The notes below the pieces were generated by a model. The model made no database searches. It saw only the letters and a program-made list of their open reading frames with translations, and was not told the DNA's origin. 51,081 bases of DNA from a virus. Its lineage: Duplodnaviria > Caudoviricetes. Within the stretch, counting starts at the first letter, position 1, and each line of letters opens with the position of its first letter. Below, piece by piece: positions 33,296 to 44,100 of the stretch. A program made the position numbers and the translations under genes. The stretch lies in the IMG/VR virus record IMGVR_UViG_3300037722_000278, positions 1 through 51,081 of that record. One strand, given 5' to 3'.

Positions 33296-35111
33296 CGTCG
33301 TCCACCTTCCCGCCCTCTACGACTCTTGGCGTGAACGTCAACTCGCCCGAGACGAACGACACGACATCATCGACCGGGTCGTCGCCGGAGAGTTCGAGAT
33401 CTACGACCCTGACGAGGAGCGGCTCGCCGTCTCCTCGCCGAACATGATCCAGGTTGCACTCGAGGACACCGCCGAAGCCTCCTCGCTCGTCCCGACCGTC
33501 CGAGCCCAGCCGACCAAGGACGGACCCCAGGCCAAGCATGTCGCCCAGAAGATGGAGCGGATCTCGGCCGGATACATGGAGGCCAACGAGATCGACCTGC
33601 TCATCCCCCGATCAGTCATGGACGCCGGCGCATACGGGTTTCACGTCTGGACCGTCCTCCCCGACTTCGACCAGAAGATCCCCCTCATCGAACGGCGGGA
33701 TCCTCGCACCTGTTACACGGAAGACGGATTCCATCCGGGAGACACGGTACGTCGGGCCCTCTTCGCTCGAGAGCTGTACTTTTCCCAGTTGCCTCCCGAG
33801 TGGCAGAGCAAGGTCCAAGCCACCCTGACCGAAGGTGTCATGGTCGACACGGGCACCGAGTGGGAGGAAATGTCCGTCGACGAGATCCGGGCCAACGATG
33901 CCGTGGTCCTCGTCGAATACTTCGACTCCGACGAGATGGTGCTGGCGGCGCTCTACCAGAACTCGGGCCGGGAAATGGGCTCCGAGACTCGAGTCCACCA
34001 GCTTCCCGTCGAGCTGAAGCGGACCCCGAACAAGGTCAAGATGTGCCCGGTCGTCATCGGCGCTCGAATCACTCTCGATGGAGAGTTCCGAGGCCAGTTC
34101 GACCAGGCCGTCGGCATGCTCGAAGCGCACATCCGCCTGTTCTCTCTGCTCATGGATTACGCCGACCAGGCTGTCTACTCGGACATTTTCGTCAAGGATC
34201 TCATCGGCGAGATGCCCTACGGTGGCGGCGCCTACATCGAGTTGGGCCCCAACGGTCAGATCGGCCGTGTCCCACCCGCCGTGTCCAGCCTCGATGTTCA
34301 GCGTGACCTCGAGACCCTGTCTGACGGGATTCACCTCGGAGGCCGCTGGCCGAAATCCCGGCCAGGCGAGATTGATCAGTCGATCGCCTCGGCCAAGTTC
34401 CTCGAATCGTCTGTCGGCATGCTCAACACGGCGATCCGCACCTATCACCAGATCCTCCAGCGGAGCCTGGGCAAGGCGATGCGTCTCGCTCTCGCCACCG
34501 ACCAGGCCTACTTCCCGGCGGCCAAGACCGCCACGGGCATCCTCCGTAACCAGGAGTTCGTCGAGACCTACGAGCCTGGCAAGGACATCGACATGTCAGC
34601 CAAGGTCCGAGTCGAATATGGGCTCGGCTTCGGACGTGACCCTGGCCAGTCGGCGGTCCTCCATATCCAGTATTCCCAGACTAGCCCTCCGCTGATCTCC
34701 CAGGAGACCGTCCAGGAGAACGTCGACGGTATCCGAGATGTCGCCCTCGAACGCTCCAGGATCGACATCCAGCAGTTCCGAGGTATGGCTCTGGCCAAGC
34801 TCCTCCAGGGGATCGAGGCAGGAACCATCCCCCAGGGCGCCCTCGTTGAAATCGCCGCAGCTCGTGAGCGTGGCGACGACCTGTTCGAGATCTTCCAGAA
34901 GTACGTGGTCGAGCCTGAAGAGGCCATGCGTGACCAGGCCCTCCCGACAGGGATGGGTGGCATGCTCGGCGGCGGGCCCATGCCTTCCGGGCCGCCGGGA
35001 GCGCCGCCCGCTGCCCCTGTCCCCCCTGGCGGAGCTGACCTGATGGCTCGTATAAACATGCCGGCCGGTCCTGGCGGGACTCTCGGCACTCAGGTTCTCC
35101 AGGAGGCCTGA
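33288..35111 (+). CDS. Portal protein
   Basis: 607 aa after terminase; helical; DPR..Y motif and Pro/Gly/Met-rich C-terminal tail typical of podoviral portals. Confidence 0.8.
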   Translation: MFDVVHLPALYDSWRERQLARDERHDIIDRVVAGEFEIYDPDEERLAVSSPNMIQVALEDTAEASSLVPTVRAQPTKDGPQAKHVAQKMERISAGYMEANEIDLLIPRSVMDAGAYGFHVWTVLPDFDQKIPLIERRDPRTCYTEDGFHPGDTVRRALFARELYFSQLPPEWQSKVQATLTEGVMVDTGTEWEEMSVDEIRANDAVVLVEYFDSDEMVLAALYQNSGREMGSETRVHQLPVELKRTPNKVKMCPVVIGARITLDGEFRGQFDQAVGMLEAHIRLFSLLMDYADQAVYSDIFVKDLIGEMPYGGGAYIELGPNGQIGRVPPAVSSLDVQRDLETLSDGIHLGGRWPKSRPGEIDQSIASAKFLESSVGMLNTAIRTYHQILQRSLGKAMRLALATDQAYFPAAKTATGILRNQEFVETYEPGKDIDMSAKVRVEYGLGFGRDPGQSAVLHIQYSQTSPPLISQETVQENVDGIRDVALERSRIDIQQFRGMALAKLLQGIEAGTIPQGALVEIAAARERGDDLFEIFQKYVVEPEEAMRDQALPTGMGGMLGGGPMPSGPPGAPPAAPVPPGGADLMARINMPAGPGGTLGTQVLQEA

Positions 35112-35518
35112 TGGCTGACCAGTCGATCGAGAAAACTCCGATGGCCGGCACCTCCGTAAATAAGCCCGAGAGCGGGACTTACGGAGAGAAGGCGGATCTC
35201 GCCAACCTCCAGCAGAGTTTGCCGCCCATGGGCCCGGGCGGTGGTGCCGAAGGCGGGCCTGCTCCCATGCCTCAGCCGTCGCCGGCCATGCCTGGCCGCC
35301 CCGGCGGGAGGCCCATGAACGCTCCCGCAGGCGTCCCCGACGTTCTTCTTGGCACGGAGGATGCGGCGACGCCGGCAGCCGCTCCGAACGCTCCTGGAGC
35401 CTCCCCGGAGGCTGCACGTCTCGCCCTGCTCGAGCAGCTTGCCTCTTCGACCGAAGTGTCGGAGACGACTCGTGCGTGGGCTCGCCTCGTCTTGGAGTCC
35501 CTGAGTGGTCCTCGATAG
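35111..35518 (+). CDS. Pro-rich virion-associated protein
   Basis: TGATG-coupled to portal; YGE...L..LQ motif. Confidence 0.6.
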   Translation: MADQSIEKTPMAGTSVNKPESGTYGEKADLANLQQSLPPMGPGGGAEGGPAPMPQPSPAMPGRPGGRPMNAPAGVPDVLLGTEDAATPAAAPNAPGASPEAARLALLEQLASSTEVSETTRAWARLVLESLSGPR

Positions 35519-38500
35519 GGGCGGGCTGCCTGATGTGGCCCTCGAAGAGGAGCCCCGCTCGGGTCTGATCGATCAGGCTCAGGAGGGCGGGCTTGGCGGG
35601 CTGGCCACCGGCCTCGCCGGGATGGTCCTACCCCAGGCTGGGCTTCCTGGCCAGCGGTCCATCGGCGACGTGTTCACCGACTTCGTCGAGTTCTCCCGCC
35701 TCGGAGACGTCCTAGACCTGGGTTCTGCCCTTGACCCGAACTCGGGCCTCGACCCTCTCGAACGGCTGGTAGCCGCCGCCCCGTTCATCGGTGTCGGCGC
35801 TATTGGTGTACGCCAGGGGTACAAGCGTTACGCCGCCCGGGCCCAGCAGGCCCAGGGCGCCATGGCCCATTCGATGAACCCGCCTCAAGGCCAGGCGTTC
35901 GACCTGTCCGACCCTGGCTTCGAAGAGCTTGGTGGGATCGATCCGACCGGGACGCAGTTGCGTGAGCAGCAGGCCAAGTTCGAGCAGCTCTCCTTCGAAT
36001 CCAAATCTCCGTTCAGCCGGGGAGTCCTCCGGGCCGAATCGTGGGAAGAGCTGATTGCCACCGTCGACTCCGAGGCTGCCGTCAACCCCAACCGTCATCG
36101 GGTCGCAGACGCCGCCCTTCGAGGTGTCGGCCTGGCCGTAGTCAACAACGCACCCGACCCCACCTTGTATGGGGTCGACCCGGAGGCAGCCCAGTTCATC
36201 GCAGCCAAGGTCGCCCTCGCCAAGTGGAACCGGGCGATTGACCTGGGGCTCATTAAGGAGCCTGACCTTCGTCAGCCAGGGCTCGGATCTGGCGCCACCG
36301 AGCGGCTCCTCCAGATGATCCACCTCGAGATCGCCACCTCGGGGATTGTCGGGCCTGACCTGTCAATGCCGTCACCTGGACGGCTCGCCCGCATCGTGAC
36401 CACCGAGGGCGGCGAAACGCAGGTCATCTATGGCATTGTCGACGAACTTCTCCCGACCGAACGGGTCTTCGACTGGGATGTGATGTACCCCGTCGACGAG
36501 GGGAGGGTCCACAAGCGTCAGTCGTCACTCGACATGGAGGCGATGGAGGGGCTCTACGCCGCCAACATTGCCAAGGGTGTCCTCCAGGCTCCGCCGTCCA
36601 TGGCCGACTCGGGCCGAGGGCTCCTCGCCAAAGACCAGGGCACTTTCTACAAGGCGATGAACCAGACCGCCAGGGTGCTGTCCGATGCCACCCCCTACTC
36701 GGTGACCCAGGTGTCGGGTGTCATCTCTGGTCTCTCGTCGAATACTGCGTGGGCTCCAGAGAACCTGGTGGGCGCCGTCCATACTGTCTTGCAGACCGGC
36801 CGGCCTGACCTGGACCCCATGTCGGCCGAGTATCAGGCTCTCTTCCGTGAGGCCACGGTCGGCTCTGGGTGGGGTCAGGATCTCTTCGAGTCGTCTGGGC
36901 AGCCTGTCCGGGAGCAGTTTGAGCAGATGCCCGGAGCGCCGGGTGGGATCCCCGACTTCGAGGGTGTCGCTGGCCATTACGGCAACCCGGAGAACGTGAC
37001 CGGCCCCCACGGGATCATGGGGGCTGACGAGACGACCAAGATCGAGAAGGCCGAAATGATCCTCAAGGGGAACCTGCCTCCATGGCTGGTCCTCCGGGGG
37101 ATGAAGACGAACACCTTCTCTCGTAGCGGTGCTGACCCGTCTCTTCGGGATCTCGTCACAGTCGACCGGCATTCCGACAGACTGTCCCAGGGGTCCGTTT
37201 TCGTTACTTACCCTCTCGCACACCAGGGTGTCGTCCGTGGCGAAATCGACCCGACCCAGACCTACCACGACCCGATCACTGGTGACTCGATCACTGGTGA
37301 GGGGATCCGGGCGGCTCTCGACGCTATGGAAGAGCATGGGTGGTCACCCGAGCAGGTCATGCGTTGGAGGAAGACGCTCGCCAGCTTCCCGACCAAACAA
37401 GCTCAGGCTCGCTACCTGGCCCAGTCCCGAGCACACCTCCTCGTCCGTGACGAGCTAGGCCTGGAAACCGGTCAGGAAACTCAGGCTATGGGCTGGGCGT
37501 ACGCCAGGGAGAACATGGGGCGCACCCTCCTGGAGCGCCGCCTCTCCGAGGCGAAGACGATCGACGAGTTCAGGGCTATTGCCGAGGCTGGAACTCTCGA
37601 CCCGGCGATCTTCTCCCATCTCGAGGGAAACCCTGTGCTCGAGCGAACCGCAGCAGGGATGGTCTGGGAGGTCGACGACACTCTCGCCGGCGCCCTGCCC
37701 ACTGTCGAGGATCTGCATGCTGCTGGCAAGGGTGTTCAGCGTCCCGCTTCGGGACGTGTGACATCCTCGATTCTCGCTGTCAGAAACGCTGACGGCCGGG
37801 TCACCCCCTACGCCGACGCCACCAAGCCTGGTGTCGCCGAAACTCTCCGTCATGCCACCCCAACCGGGATCCGGGTCGGGGACTTTGAACGGTACATCTC
37901 GAACAAGCCACGCCAGGTGCTGTCCGCCCAAGACCATGTGGCTGAGGCGGGCGACTACCTGCGTGAGGACGGCCGCCAGGCGGCCGGGTTCGCCACCATC
38001 GGTATGGACCCGGCGAGCCCCGGCCACCCTGGAATGCTCCCTGGTAACCGGGCTGTCGTCCTCGTCCCCCAGGATCGAGTGTCGGACATTCAGGGCATCC
38101 TCGAGGGTGACTGGCCGCTCGAATATCAGGTCGGCACCGCCCAGGGCACCCGGCTCGGACTGAGCCGCAACAAGCTCGACGCCGAAGACCTCGCTGGCCT
38201 GACTGACGACCAGCTCGGCGAGCTGCTCAAGAACAACGACTGGGGCGCCATCTCGTCTGACAATATCGCTGGTCTGCGAGCTGACGTCCGTCGGATGGGC
38301 GGGCAGTTCATCGATGCTGAAGGGTCTTGGCTGGTCGAACCGCAGCCCACTTTCACGAACCCTACGGGTGAGCGTGTCAACCAGGAGATCGCCCAGGTTG
38401 CCGAAGAGTACATGGACCAGGCCGGGCTCGACTATGAGCCGGCACTGTTGGCTGACGAGGTCAACGAGAAGCGGGCTATGAAGATCGCCGACGCCTACGA

Positions 38501-40823
38501 TGCGCTGCCCGAGTTCGACCCTGCCTCACGAGAGTCATACGAGGCCATGGCCGCCGAAGTCAAGGCCCAGTACGAGTTCCTCGTCGGCAAGGGCTACGAG
38601 TTCACGTTCGGGGATGACACTGTCTTCACGGTCGACCCCACCGGGAAGGGCATGTTCGAGGACATCAGGAAGAAGAAGCTCAACGTGTACGGCACTGAGG
38701 AGACTTTCACTCCTGCCGAGTTCCGCAAGCTGCAATCTCAGAACCCCCTCTTCCGACACACCGGCACCATCGTCGACGGACGAAACCTGACCTTCAACGA
38801 CATGTTCAGGGCGATCCACGACGTGTTCGGCCATGCCCGCAATTCGAACAATTTCTCCACCTTGGGCGAAGAGAACGCCTGGCGTACCCACATGGCCATG
38901 TTCTCCAAGAAAGCCCAGCCTGCCATGACCGCCGAGACCCGAGGTCAGAACTCGGCCCTGAACGCAGGGCCTGCTCGTCGGACCCTCGACGGGAAGCTGA
39001 TCAAGCGGGGCGATCCGGGCTACCTCGAGGATGCTCCCTTCCCGCCACAGAAGGCGGCTCTGCTCCCCGACGAGTTCAACGTGGTCGAGAAGCCCCCGAT
39101 CAAGGACACCGAAGCCTCCCTCTTCGTGACAGGCCTCTCCTATGCCGACCTGATCAAGCTGGGCAAGAAGCATGGCCAGATGGCCATTGCCACTCGAAGC
39201 GCCATGCTCAACACCGACGGAACCTACAATCCCGTCCAGGACAAGGTCTCCTTCGGCGACAGCGCTAACCCGGACTCCAATACTCGGCTTGCCACGGGCC
39301 AGAAGTTCTCGTTCGACTACGACTTCTCCGAGGCGCTCCCCCTCCCGCTCGACCCCGACACTCTCGCTGATGTCGGCAGCCAGGCCGAGCCTATGGCTCA
39401 GGTCACCATCGACATGGGCGGGGACTACGGCGGGCTCAACTGGAATGTCACCTCCCGGATGTTGCGGAAGGTTGCCGGTGTTCCTGGCGCTCGCCCTCGG
39501 GTCTACTCGCATGCTCCCAACCAGGTTCCCGCCGGCTTCACCAAGGCTTCAGAATCCGTGTTCACCGATGCTGCCGGCGTCACCGGGTCGATCCTCCACC
39601 GGAGTGGCGATCGGTATGCCCGCCACCAGGCTGACGTGTGGATCCCCGAATGGGAGTCACACACTCTGTCGCAGGACGGGTTCGAAGGTGAGCGGACCCG
39701 GCGAGGGGCTAAGGATGCTCGAGATGTCATGGAGGTCGACCAGGAAGCCGGGATGATCTGGTTCGACAAGGATCTCGCCATTTCTGTCCCGCCTGATGCG
39801 GACGTGTCGCTCGGTAAGGCAGGGTCCATCTTCCGATCGCTCCGCATAAATGGAACGATTGTTCGAGAAATGGTGGTTGATACGAACGGCCCCGTCCCCA
39901 TCCTCGTCGCCGGCGAAGCTGGCGTGCCCGGGCCCGGCCGTACCGTTGTCACCCTGTCGAATGGTGTCGTCTCGAAGATCACCCCCCACACGGAGACAGA
40001 CCTGGCTCCTGCCCGTGACGCTCTGGCGGGCGCAGGGCTGATCCCGGACGGTGAGAAAGTGGCAATCGAGTATCTCACCGAAGACGATGCGACAGCCAAT
40101 GTCGAAGCGACCTCTGCCGTCTTCCACGATGCCCTGCCGGTCGTCGACACCAACAGGTTCCCCTGGTCAAGCCAGGACAGGCAGTTCACCGCAGAAGTCC
40201 GAGAGACGGTCCCCACGCTCAAGAAGATCAGTTTCGGCCGGAACGCCACCGACCAGGTCCGTGGGCAGGCCCGAGGTGTCCTCGAAGGCCTCCACGGGGC
40301 AGGCTCCAGGTTCTCAGCGTTCCAGGCCAAGTTCGGTTCGCTGCCCGTCGAGATCTGGGAAGGGTCTGCGGGAATCGACACGGCTGTCATCGCCGACAAG
40401 CAGTACATCGACGCCGTGACCCTCCTCCGCAACGAGCCGGTCATCATCTTGAACGAGAGCGTGCTCGCTCGGAGGTGGGCGAAGGGCGTCAAGCCGAAGA
40501 ACTCGAACCGGTACTCCCACCCGGAAGCCTCAGACTTCGAAGAGACGCTCGTCCACGAGATCGGCCACATGCTCTGGCGTCACTTCCCCGACACCAAGAC
40601 CAGACACGCCCACCTGATGGACGCCTTCGACGTTGTCGGCGTGAACGAGGCGACCGGACGGATGCTCGTCTCACCCTACGGGTATCAGGACTGGCGGGAG
40701 TTCTTCGCCGAAGCCTTCGCCAGGTCAGTGTTCGAACCAGACAAGGTGCATCCTGCGCTCGCTAACCTGGTGTCGATCGCCATGAACAACGCCCGCAGCG
40801 GTGTGGAAGGGATCAACGGATGA
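35505..40823 (+). CDS. Large polyvalent internal virion protein (1772 aa) with C-terminal zincin metallopeptidase
   Basis: Several recognisable motifs: VTVDRH, FRAIHDVFGH..GEE, and HEIGH...SPYG...EFFAEAF. Confidence 0.8.
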   Translation: MVLDRGGLPDVALEEEPRSGLIDQAQEGGLGGLATGLAGMVLPQAGLPGQRSIGDVFTDFVEFSRLGDVLDLGSALDPNSGLDPLERLVAAAPFIGVGAIGVRQGYKRYAARAQQAQGAMAHSMNPPQGQAFDLSDPGFEELGGIDPTGTQLREQQAKFEQLSFESKSPFSRGVLRAESWEELIATVDSEAAVNPNRHRVADAALRGVGLAVVNNAPDPTLYGVDPEAAQFIAAKVALAKWNRAIDLGLIKEPDLRQPGLGSGATERLLQMIHLEIATSGIVGPDLSMPSPGRLARIVTTEGGETQVIYGIVDELLPTERVFDWDVMYPVDEGRVHKRQSSLDMEAMEGLYAANIAKGVLQAPPSMADSGRGLLAKDQGTFYKAMNQTARVLSDATPYSVTQVSGVISGLSSNTAWAPENLVGAVHTVLQTGRPDLDPMSAEYQALFREATVGSGWGQDLFESSGQPVREQFEQMPGAPGGIPDFEGVAGHYGNPENVTGPHGIMGADETTKIEKAEMILKGNLPPWLVLRGMKTNTFSRSGADPSLRDLVTVDRHSDRLSQGSVFVTYPLAHQGVVRGEIDPTQTYHDPITGDSITGEGIRAALDAMEEHGWSPEQVMRWRKTLASFPTKQAQARYLAQSRAHLLVRDELGLETGQETQAMGWAYARENMGRTLLERRLSEAKTIDEFRAIAEAGTLDPAIFSHLEGNPVLERTAAGMVWEVDDTLAGALPTVEDLHAAGKGVQRPASGRVTSSILAVRNADGRVTPYADATKPGVAETLRHATPTGIRVGDFERYISNKPRQVLSAQDHVAEAGDYLREDGRQAAGFATIGMDPASPGHPGMLPGNRAVVLVPQDRVSDIQGILEGDWPLEYQVGTAQGTRLGLSRNKLDAEDLAGLTDDQLGELLKNNDWGAISSDNIAGLRADVRRMGGQFIDAEGSWLVEPQPTFTNPTGERVNQEIAQVAEEYMDQAGLDYEPALLADEVNEKRAMKIADAYDALPEFDPASRESYEAMAAEVKAQYEFLVGKGYEFTFGDDTVFTVDPTGKGMFEDIRKKKLNVYGTEETFTPAEFRKLQSQNPLFRHTGTIVDGRNLTFNDMFRAIHDVFGHARNSNNFSTLGEENAWRTHMAMFSKKAQPAMTAETRGQNSALNAGPARRTLDGKLIKRGDPGYLEDAPFPPQKAALLPDEFNVVEKPPIKDTEASLFVTGLSYADLIKLGKKHGQMAIATRSAMLNTDGTYNPVQDKVSFGDSANPDSNTRLATGQKFSFDYDFSEALPLPLDPDTLADVGSQAEPMAQVTIDMGGDYGGLNWNVTSRMLRKVAGVPGARPRVYSHAPNQVPAGFTKASESVFTDAAGVTGSILHRSGDRYARHQADVWIPEWESHTLSQDGFEGERTRRGAKDARDVMEVDQEAGMIWFDKDLAISVPPDADVSLGKAGSIFRSLRINGTIVREMVVDTNGPVPILVAGEAGVPGPGRTVVTLSNGVVSKITPHTETDLAPARDALAGAGLIPDGEKVAIEYLTEDDATANVEATSAVFHDALPVVDTNRFPWSSQDRQFTAEVRETVPTLKKISFGRNATDQVRGQARGVLEGLHGAGSRFSAFQAKFGSLPVEIWEGSAGIDTAVIADKQYIDAVTLLRNEPVIILNESVLARRWAKGVKPKNSNRYSHPEASDFEETLVHEIGHMLWRHFPDTKTRHAHLMDAFDVVGVNEATGRMLVSPYGYQDWREFFAEAFARSVFEPDKVHPALANLVSIAMNNARSGVEGING

Positions 40824-41113
40824 GAGCAAGCCAGCCATCACTCTGCTTCATGTGCGAGTATTACGTGCCAGGGACCGACCCGACGAACGATCGGCAGAAG
40901 CCGATCTGTCGTGCCTTCCCCGAAGGGATTCCCCGGGAGATCATGGACGCAGGGTTCGACCATCGCCAGCCTTTCGAAGGTGAGACGATCCTGTTCAAGC
41001 CGGCCGCTGGAGTGACCGAGGCAGACATCAACCAGTGGGAGGCCGAGGTGCTCGAGAACTCGAAGGCAGACGTTCTGGGCGTGCTCGGTGACATGGAGCC
41101 CGAACAAGCCTGA
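40820..41113 (+). CDS. Small Cys/His protein, candidate immunity/inhibitor partner of the upstream zincin
   Basis: CFMC...CRAFPEGIPREI...FDHRQP..GE.ILF; ATGA-coupled. Confidence 0.65.
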   Translation: MRASQPSLCFMCEYYVPGTDPTNDRQKPICRAFPEGIPREIMDAGFDHRQPFEGETILFKPAAGVTEADINQWEAEVLENSKADVLGVLGDMEPEQA

Positions 41114-41127
41114 CGCTCGGCGGGTGG
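41111..41127 (+). promoter_or_regulatory. Putative late promoter motif TGACG-N6-GGGTGG, 8 nt before ATG 41136
   Basis: Matches the motif; TAGTAG-ATG context. Confidence 0.7.
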
Positions 41128-41135
41128 CCTAGTAG

Positions 41136-44100
41136 ATGCCGCTCGACCTTTCTCGTGTCGACCAGAACCTGCAAGCCATCCGGGCGATAGAGGGATCCTG
41201 GTCTCTTCCCTCGCTGCCGGACGAAGTGAAACTGGACCTCGCTGGCAATGCGATGATGAACGCACCAGCCCTCGGATTCCTCCTGACCGGCATCAACGCC
41301 CAGACCGACGAGGCGCAGAAGCAGCAGGCGCTCCCCACCCGGCTCGACCAGAACGACGAAAGCCTGTTCCCCGCCCAGCCATCCTACGCTCTCGAGCCCA
41401 AGTCACGGGTCGGCGCCACCGTCGCCTCCGTGACCGGACTGGCCGTTCCCCAGGTCTACGACGTGAAAGCGCCGCAGCGGCTGAAGCAGAAGCTCGTCGA
41501 CGGCGGCTACCTCAACCTCTCCCCCGACCAGGTCGCCTCAGACCAGTGGCTCCCCGAGTTCTCATACGCCGCCTCCCAGCTCAACTTCGACGAGATGGGA
41601 AAACGCTTCTCGGGAGACAAGCCCGGCTCGGTTTCTGTCGACCAGATCCTCAACGTGGTCGACGAATGGCTCACGCCAAGAGGTCTCTACCGGGCGGCCG
41701 TCGAACTGGACCTCTGGTGGGATGCCGGGCAGATCAGCGCCGAGTTCCAAGAGTGGGACCAAAAGCTGTCTACCTGGCGTGAAGACCCGTTCGACCCTCG
41801 CAAGCTAGTCGACCTGGTCACCGGGCCTCTCGACGACATTCTCTTCCCCGCCCTGAACCTCGCACTCATGTTCACCGGTGTCGGCCAGGTCATCGCTACC
41901 GGCCGGGCACTCCACATGGGGGTCAAGGGTGCCACGGCACTGGCCGGCGTATACCGGGGCAGCAGGGGGCTTAGGTTCATGGCCCAGGGTCTCGACGATG
42001 CGGCCCGGTTCGCCAAGCCGTCATGGGTGTCGGGCAAGGTAGCCCAGCTCGGACCTGCCGGCGAGAAGACGTCGATGATCATGGACCAGTGGCGGAAGCA
42101 GGGCGGGGTCATCCTCGCCAAGAAGGCCAACCAGCAGGTCATGAAGGCCGGATTCACCTCCAACCTCGAACAGCTCATCGACTCCGACCGAGGCGGGCAG
42201 TCGCTGAACCGGTTCACCGGAGTTGGCGAGGCCGTCGAGACGGTTTTCTCGAATCCGCTGGTCGACTGGGGTGCTGATCTGTTCCTCATGCCGCCGAACA
42301 TTCTCGCCCCGGGCACCTTCTCGAGGCCAGGCAAGGCAGCGGTCGACAGTGTCAAGGCCGGGTTTCTGAAAGCAGCCGACAACGAGAACCTTCTGGCAGC
42401 CTATGACCGTCCAGTCATCGCCTATCTCACCGAGGATGTCGGCGAGGACGCTGCCAAGCAGTATGTGAAACTCCGCAACGACCGTGGGATGAAGCGGGCA
42501 CTGTCTGAGACGTTCTTCGAAGGTGACGACGAGAAGATGGGCGCTGCCCTGGCCTTCACCACGACCATGGCGGCGGTGGACCATCACGCTCGGAATGCTG
42601 CTGATGTCGTCTCCGGGAGCGTCCTGCACGAGCTGGGGTCGACCACGAGGACACTCTTCCATCAGGCTCGGAACACGGCGACCGCACGCCTTCGCCAGCT
42701 CGACCCTGACAATGTCGAAGATCTCCTCACCCACTTTGCCAAGTATGGGCTCGACGACGCCGGCCAGGTGGCCACCCGGAGGGCCGACCGGTTCTACCGG
42801 CAGTATCGGAAGATCCGGGAGGCCTACCTCGAACCGGCCGAAGCCGCCAAGAGTCGAGCCGGATCGGTCCCCTCTGACCACCAGCGGTTCATCGGCACCT
42901 TCGACTCGGAAGTCGGACGATACCGGTGGCGTCCGTTCAAGGCTGGCGACAGTTTCGAAGATGATCCCTTCTTCGTTGACCTCCATCGTGGCGAGCTGGC
43001 CGAGTCGCTCGGCGACGACCTGGGAGCCGTCCTTCGTGGCGAGGCGGACCTGCCCGACCAGTACGCCAACCGTTATCTGAGGCGAGATGCTGCCGGCGGC
43101 GTGCGCCATTGGAGACTGTCAGAAGCCGACAAGGTGCAGCTCTACGACGTGGAGAAGCTCGGCGTCTTGAAAGACTCGGCTCGCCGACACAACGACCTGC
43201 GTGGGAAGTACCTGTCGGAGATGATGAACGATGTCACTCCCGAGGCTGTCGAACAGTATGTCTACGAGGTGCTGCCGACGTTCGGGCGGTGGAACGACTT
43301 CATCGATTCTACTGGTGAGATCCGTGATGCGGTGATGCGGGGCGACCTGGACAATGTCAGGTTCACCCCTCCCATGTCGGACGCCAACCGTCAGCTCGCA
43401 GCCATCCCCCATTCACCGACTGGTCGCAAGTGGGTGGACGAGCTGTTCGCCATGATGGTCGAATTGCCCGGAGACGAGCATCTCCAGGGCAGCCTGATGA
43501 AGGGGGTCTTCTCCCCGTTCGCCAGAGACGTCGACCCCCAGATGGGCAACTTCACCGTGGCCGGCCAGTCGACAGTGACGAAGCAGCAGGCGCTGGCTTT
43601 CGGGGCTACCGCCAAGCGTGCCGTCAGAATGGTGAAAGCCATCCGTCGGCTCAAGGCCCTGCCTAATTCCGAGGATCTGTTCCGTGTCGCAAGTCAGGTC
43701 GTAGAGGGCGGCGAGAACATCACCGGCCCGGGCCTGTACGAGGTGCTGGCAGAAGCGCTCGGCTCTGCCACCGAGAAGTCCGCTGGTGAGCTGGCTGCTA
43801 TCGCTCGGATCGCCCGGGAGGCCGGCGTGACTCTCGACGACATCGAGCCGGTTCTGATCGGCAAGCTGAACGAGATCAACTCGCTGCCCAGGTGGTCTGA
43901 AGATTTCATGGTCCCCACCCAGCTCGACCGAACCGATGACCTTGTCAAGGAGGTCGATGCGAAGATCCGGGAGCTTCAAAAGCAGGCGTTCTTCATGGCG
44001 TCGGAGGTCGACGGGGCTCCAGCATGGATGACCGGGTTCCTCAAGGAGCGCAACTACAAGCTGGTTTACGGGGTCGAGTTCGCCCAGCCGTTCGACCTGG

